Below, piece after piece: positions 42,866-46,585 of a stretch of DNA of 46,585 bases. Numbering within the stretch: the first letter of the stretch is position 1; the number at the start of each line of letters is the position of its first letter. Source of the stretch: an uncultured Victivallales bacterium (GTDB lineage: Bacteria; Verrucomicrobiota; Kiritimatiellia; UBA8416); contig CAZZBA010000003.1 in assembly GCA_964652765.1 (NCBI GenBank), positions 1 through 46,585 of the forward strand, in the 5' to 3' direction. The translations under genes and the position numbers were made by a program. A model generated the notes under the pieces. That model did no database searches, had not been told where the DNA came from, and was given only the letters and a program-made list of their open reading frames with translations.

Positions 42866-43740
42866 CGGGCGAGCGTATCGAAGAGGTCGAAGAAATGGGT
42901 GTCGGTCCGTGCCGGGTTGTAGGAGACGCGCCGGCGGCTGGCCAGTTCACGCAGCGAGCCCATGAAGGCCTCCATCGCGGCCCGGTAGGCCGGACGCAGG
43001 TGCTCGGTGTGGGCGACGACACGGCTGTTGTTCTCCATGTCTACGAAAGTCGCCAGGCCACGCGTTTCCAGCTCCAGTTCCTCCGGTGCCAGGATATGGA
43101 ACAGATGGATCTTGAAACCGCGATGCAGGTAGGGGCTCAAGGCGGCGAAGATGGCGGCCGGGTCATCGAGGAAATCGGAAATGATGATCAGCGAGCCCTT
43201 GCGTTTGACCAGCGGGAATGCGGTACGCAGGGCCGTGGCCAGGGAGGTCGGATTGCCCGGTCGGTTGTTCTCGAGGATGTGCATCAGGCGGGTGAGGTGC
43301 CGGTGCGTGCTGGCTGGCGGCTCATAGGCGCGCAGGCGGTCATCGAACGTCAGCAGCGCCACGCGGTCGCGGTTGTGCGTGACCAGGTAGCAGAGCGAGG
43401 CGGCCAGGAACGAGGCGTACTCGATCTTGGGCATCGTCCGCCCGAAGGCCATCGAGGCGCTGCTGTCGAGGAACACATGGCACTCCATGTTGGTTTCCTG
43501 CTCGAAGGTCTTCAGGTAGCGCCGGTCCGTGCGGGCATAGACGCGCCAGTCGATCAGGGACGGATCGTCGCCATCGACGAAGGGGCGGTAGTCGCGGAAC
43601 TCGATCGAGGTCCCGCGTGCCTGCGAGCGGCGGCGGCCGGCGTAGTAGCCCTCGACGAGCATGCGCGGGGCGAACTGGAAATTCGCCAGCCGCCGGATAT
43701 GCTCCGGCTTGAGGTACTTGAATGGCGTTGATGCGGACAT
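42862..43740 (-). CDS. DUF58-family protein (vWA-like, MoxR-associated)
   Basis: GTSIEFRDYRPFVDGDDPSLIDWRVYARTDRRYLKTFEQETNMECHVFLDSSASMAF is the DUF58 signature region. The gene sits immediately downstream of the MoxR ATPase. Confidence 0.82.
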   Translation of the reverse strand: MSASTPFKYLKPEHIRRLANFQFAPRMLVEGYYAGRRRSQARGTSIEFRDYRPFVDGDDPSLIDWRVYARTDRRYLKTFEQETNMECHVFLDSSASMAFGRTMPKIEYASFLAASLCYLVTHNRDRVALLTFDDRLRAYEPPASTHRHLTRLMHILENNRPGNPTSLATALRTAFPLVKRKGSLIIISDFLDDPAAIFAALSPYLHRGFKIHLFHILAPEELELETRGLATFVDMENNSRVVAHTEHLRPAYRAAMEAFMGSLRELASRRRVSYNPARTDTHFFDLFDTLAR

Positions 43741-43764
43741 ACGCGGCCGTATCCCCCTTGCTGG

Positions 43765-44736
<972 letters not shown>

Positions 44737-44900
44737 ATTCATTCTCCCTAGTTTCTGCCAGAACCGTGAAAACAACAACGGAACCCTACCACAGCCAATT
44801 TGCAACTGCCAATGTCGATTTACATCCAACTCACCTATAACTTCAATACGCTGTTTGTGGCATATTGCATTCTAACTGTTTGCAGGAAAAAGAGATTTGA

Positions 44901-44968
44901 GTGTACGAGTAGGTGTACGAGTACGTCATCGAAGCGGCATTCCCTTACTCGTACACATACTCGTACAC
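44901..44968. repeat. Imperfect 23-bp inverted repeat built from four copies of an 11-mer (GTGTACGAGTA x2, then TACTCGTACAC x2), 22-nt spacer
   Basis: Left arm 44901-44923 is GTGTACGAGTAGGTGTACGAGTA. Right arm 44946-44968 is TACTCGTACACATACTCGTACAC. The arms are complementary at 22 of 23 positions. The element lies between the stop of the methyltransferase gene (45050) and the moxR start (44736). Confidence 0.8.
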
Positions 44969-45049
44969 GTATATCTCTCCCGCTTTCATCCTCTCCAGTT
45001 ACCCACTTGTTTTCGCCCACCGCAGTGGGTGGTCGGCTGACATCCGACT

Positions 45050-45394
45050 TCACACGCACCGCGAGGGATCCATCAACCTGCCATCAGCGTTGAAACAGAC
45101 GCCTTCCTGCGCCAGCAGTCGGCGTTTCCTGTTGACCGCATCCGTGCCGGTACTGCCCTGGAAGCCGCCGAGGGTCAGTGTGGAGGTTATCACCCGGTGA
45201 CAGGGAACCTCCGGGGCGAACGGATTGACCTTGAGCGCCTGGCCGACGGCCCGGGGGCTTCCGCATCCGATCGCGGCCGCGATCGCTGCATAGGTGCTGA
45301 CCTTGCCCGGTGGAATGCGGCTCACGGCCTCGTAGACGGAACGCTGGAAGGCAGTGCACCCGGCACGGTCGCGCCCTCGTCGGCTGCTTTCCAT
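45050..45394 (-). CDS. Methylated-DNA--protein-cysteine methyltransferase family protein (C-terminal catalytic/DNA-binding domain only)
   Basis: FQRSVYEAVSRIPPGKVSTYAAIAAAIG is followed by the active-site motif VPCHRV. The protein is short (about 114 aa) and lacks the N-terminal Ada/Ogt domain. The start is ambiguous among ATG 45433, 45421, 45400 and 45394. Confidence 0.75.
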   Translation of the reverse strand: MESSRRGRDRAGCTAFQRSVYEAVSRIPPGKVSTYAAIAAAIGCGSPRAVGQALKVNPFAPEVPCHRVITSTLTLGGFQGSTGTDAVNRKRRLLAQEGVCFNADGRLMDPSRCV

Positions 45395-45465
45395 GGTCAT
45401 CTTCAAAACCGGCCTGCTCATAAGCGTGCTCATAACTATTTCCTCTTTTCTCTTTACAGTAATTC

Positions 45466-45516
45466 ATAATGAACAATTTTCGATATTATTGTTCATCGTC
45501 AATGCAGATAATGAAC
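45466..45516. promoter_or_regulatory. Candidate operator of the brnTA module: 9-bp perfect palindrome arms plus a third half-site
   Basis: ATGAACAAT (45469-45477), a 10-nt spacer, then ATTGTTCAT (45488-45496). ATAATGAAC recurs at 45466-45474 and 45508-45516. The element sits in the AT-rich gap about 70-120 nt upstream of brnT. Confidence 0.45.
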
Positions 45517-45583
45517 CTTTACGCCGTATTGGGCAAGAGGGTAGCCGAGATGAAAAATATCCTTGCTTCAGTACGCACAATCA

Positions 45584-45889
45584 ATGCACAATGGCGTCGT
45601 GAAATACGAGTGGAATCCAGATAAAAATGAGATGCTTAAACGAGAACGTAATATCTCTTTTGAGCAAATCGTCTTTCATCTGTCGCAAGGTGATATATGG
45701 AAGATTTCTGATCATCCCAATCAGGAGCAGTACCCAGGACAGAAGCTATATTTTGTAAATGTGGAAGGGTACATCCACATCGTCCCCCACGTGGTGGAAA
45801 ATGAGTGCGTTTTTCTGAAGACGATAATCCCAAGCCGGAAAGCGACACGTGATTTCGAGAAGGAGAATGAGCAGAATGAAACTAGATAA
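45584..45889 (+). CDS. brnT: BrnT-family (DUF497) type II toxin
   Basis: YEWNPDKNEMLKRERNISFEQIVF fits the feWD..Ka..N..kHgisFee pattern of BrnT, and the C-terminal FLKTIIPSRKATRDF matches RiISaRkAt. The local G+C is visibly lower. Start set at ATG 45584, whereas the track uses TTG 45563. Confidence 0.7.
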   Translation: MHNGVVKYEWNPDKNEMLKRERNISFEQIVFHLSQGDIWKISDHPNQEQYPGQKLYFVNVEGYIHIVPHVVENECVFLKTIIPSRKATRDFEKENEQNETR

Positions 45890-46151
45890 AGAAGAGCATG
45901 ATATTCTTAACGCATACGACGAGGGAAGGCTGAAGCTACTATCTCCCTCGATCAAAGAACGGAAGGCGATCAAGTCCATGGCGGAACAAACCTTCCGCAA
46001 GGATCGCAGGGTCACCATACGCCTCTATGATCATGACCTCAAGGGCGTCCAGAAGAAGGCCATGGAGAAGGGAATGCCATATCAGACCCTGATATCAGCA
46101 ATGATCCATCAGTATGTTGAAGGTGATCTTGTGGAGAGAAGAGTCGGCTAA
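45876..46151 (+). CDS. brnA: BrnA-type (CopG/RHH-like) antitoxin
   Basis: RVTIRLYDHDLKGVQKKAMEKGMPYQTLISAMIHQYVEG is the typical BrnA C-terminal ribbon-helix-helix signature. AGGAG lies 10 nt upstream of ATG 45876. The gene overlaps the brnT 3' end by 14 nt. Confidence 0.7.
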   Translation: MKLDKEEHDILNAYDEGRLKLLSPSIKERKAIKSMAEQTFRKDRRVTIRLYDHDLKGVQKKAMEKGMPYQTLISAMIHQYVEGDLVERRVG

Positions 46152-46523
46152 CAATATCCGTATTCAAGACCACCGCTTCACGCTGGTACGGTAATTGCGC
46201 TTGACCTCGCTGTCCGGTTTCCAATAGCCTGCCGTGCAGATGAGGCTGTTTGGATACGGAACGGCTGCGGATGCAGGTTTTTGTGTTGGATAGCCCTGCC
46301 GTCGGCACGGGATTGGCAGATTCGGGAGAGGAACCATGCGGGATGGGCACATCAGGGCCGGGGTTAGAGCGATACCGCGGAACTGCACATTCAAAGCCCT
46401 TCCGTGTTCAGCGGGGGCGGCAGCCCGGGGGCCTTCTTGACGCATAGCTGCACGCCTGGTTTGTTGATATGCGTCAATAAGCCACTGGGATTAATTGGTG
46501 ATCAACGCTTTGGTTTGACGGAT

Positions 46524-46550
46524 AGCGGGCCGTGTGGCCCCGCTATTTTT
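46524..46550 (+). terminator. Rho-independent terminator-like hairpin (plus strand)
   Basis: AGCGGGCC (46524-46531), loop GTGT, then GGCCCCGCT (46536-46544, one bulged C), followed by ATTTTT. The U-tract exists only in the plus-strand reading. Confidence 0.55.
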
Positions 46551-46585
46551 GACGCATATTAAGAGGTTCTGCCGAGAGAGTGATA

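Noticed and set aside
46164-46445. 93-aa minus-strand ORF (MRQEGPRAAAPAEHG...) and the overlapping ORFs 46039..46350 and 46250..46447 as genes.
   Set aside because: No family signature is present. Only the last 30 or so codons show coding-like third-position bias. The ATG coincides with one copy of the TTGACGCATA repeat, which suggests the ORF is incidental. I left the region unassigned.

Overview
High-G+C bacterial chromosomal window. The gene content resembles PVC-group bacteria, but that is inference only. I support about 34 protein-coding genes and saw no rRNA, tRNA, CRISPR array or transposase. Many long ORFs in the six-frame track are high-GC artefacts lying antisense to, or out of frame with, real genes. 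Region 1-23.7 kb holds ordinary chromosomal genes: a secreted PDZ/HEAT-like giant protein, the membrane H+-pyrophosphatase hppA, an alpha/beta hydrolase, a U32 peptidase, an ABC exporter, cstA, a CBS-domain DHH pyrophosphatase, an SGNH-like hydrolase, an arylsulfotransferase-like protein, glgA, a Gfo/Idh/MocA oxidoreductase, a stand-alone CoaB and a three-gene hypothetical membrane operon. The standout is 24.5-35.8 kb, possibly extending to an outer-membrane barrel gene at 23.9 kb. This is a ten-gene plus-strand operon joined by ATGA/GTGA start-stop overlaps. It opens with a 143-aa protein carrying a twin-arginine motif, a lipobox cysteine and a C-terminal Cys/His/aromatic-rich module (WTCTCNTVTVPSCSCDGHVSSGSGGHTYYITYWYPN). 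Six radical SAM enzymes follow: three paralogous SPASM enzymes with N-terminal extensions, one further SPASM-like enzyme, one non-SPASM enzyme and one B12-binding enzyme. Two PqqD-like small proteins and a YcaO complete the operon. No leader peptidase, dedicated exporter, immunity gene or regulator is visible. I read this as a candidate undescribed RiPP-like or protein-crosslinking maturation system whose product leaves the cell by Tat and lipoprotein processing rather than leader cleavage. Downstream on the minus strand is a conventional MoxR / DUF58 / BatA-type operon (35.8-44.7 kb). The window ends in a visibly lower-GC tail with an Ogt-like methyltransferase, a BrnT/BrnA toxin-antitoxin pair and several short repeat and hairpin elements.
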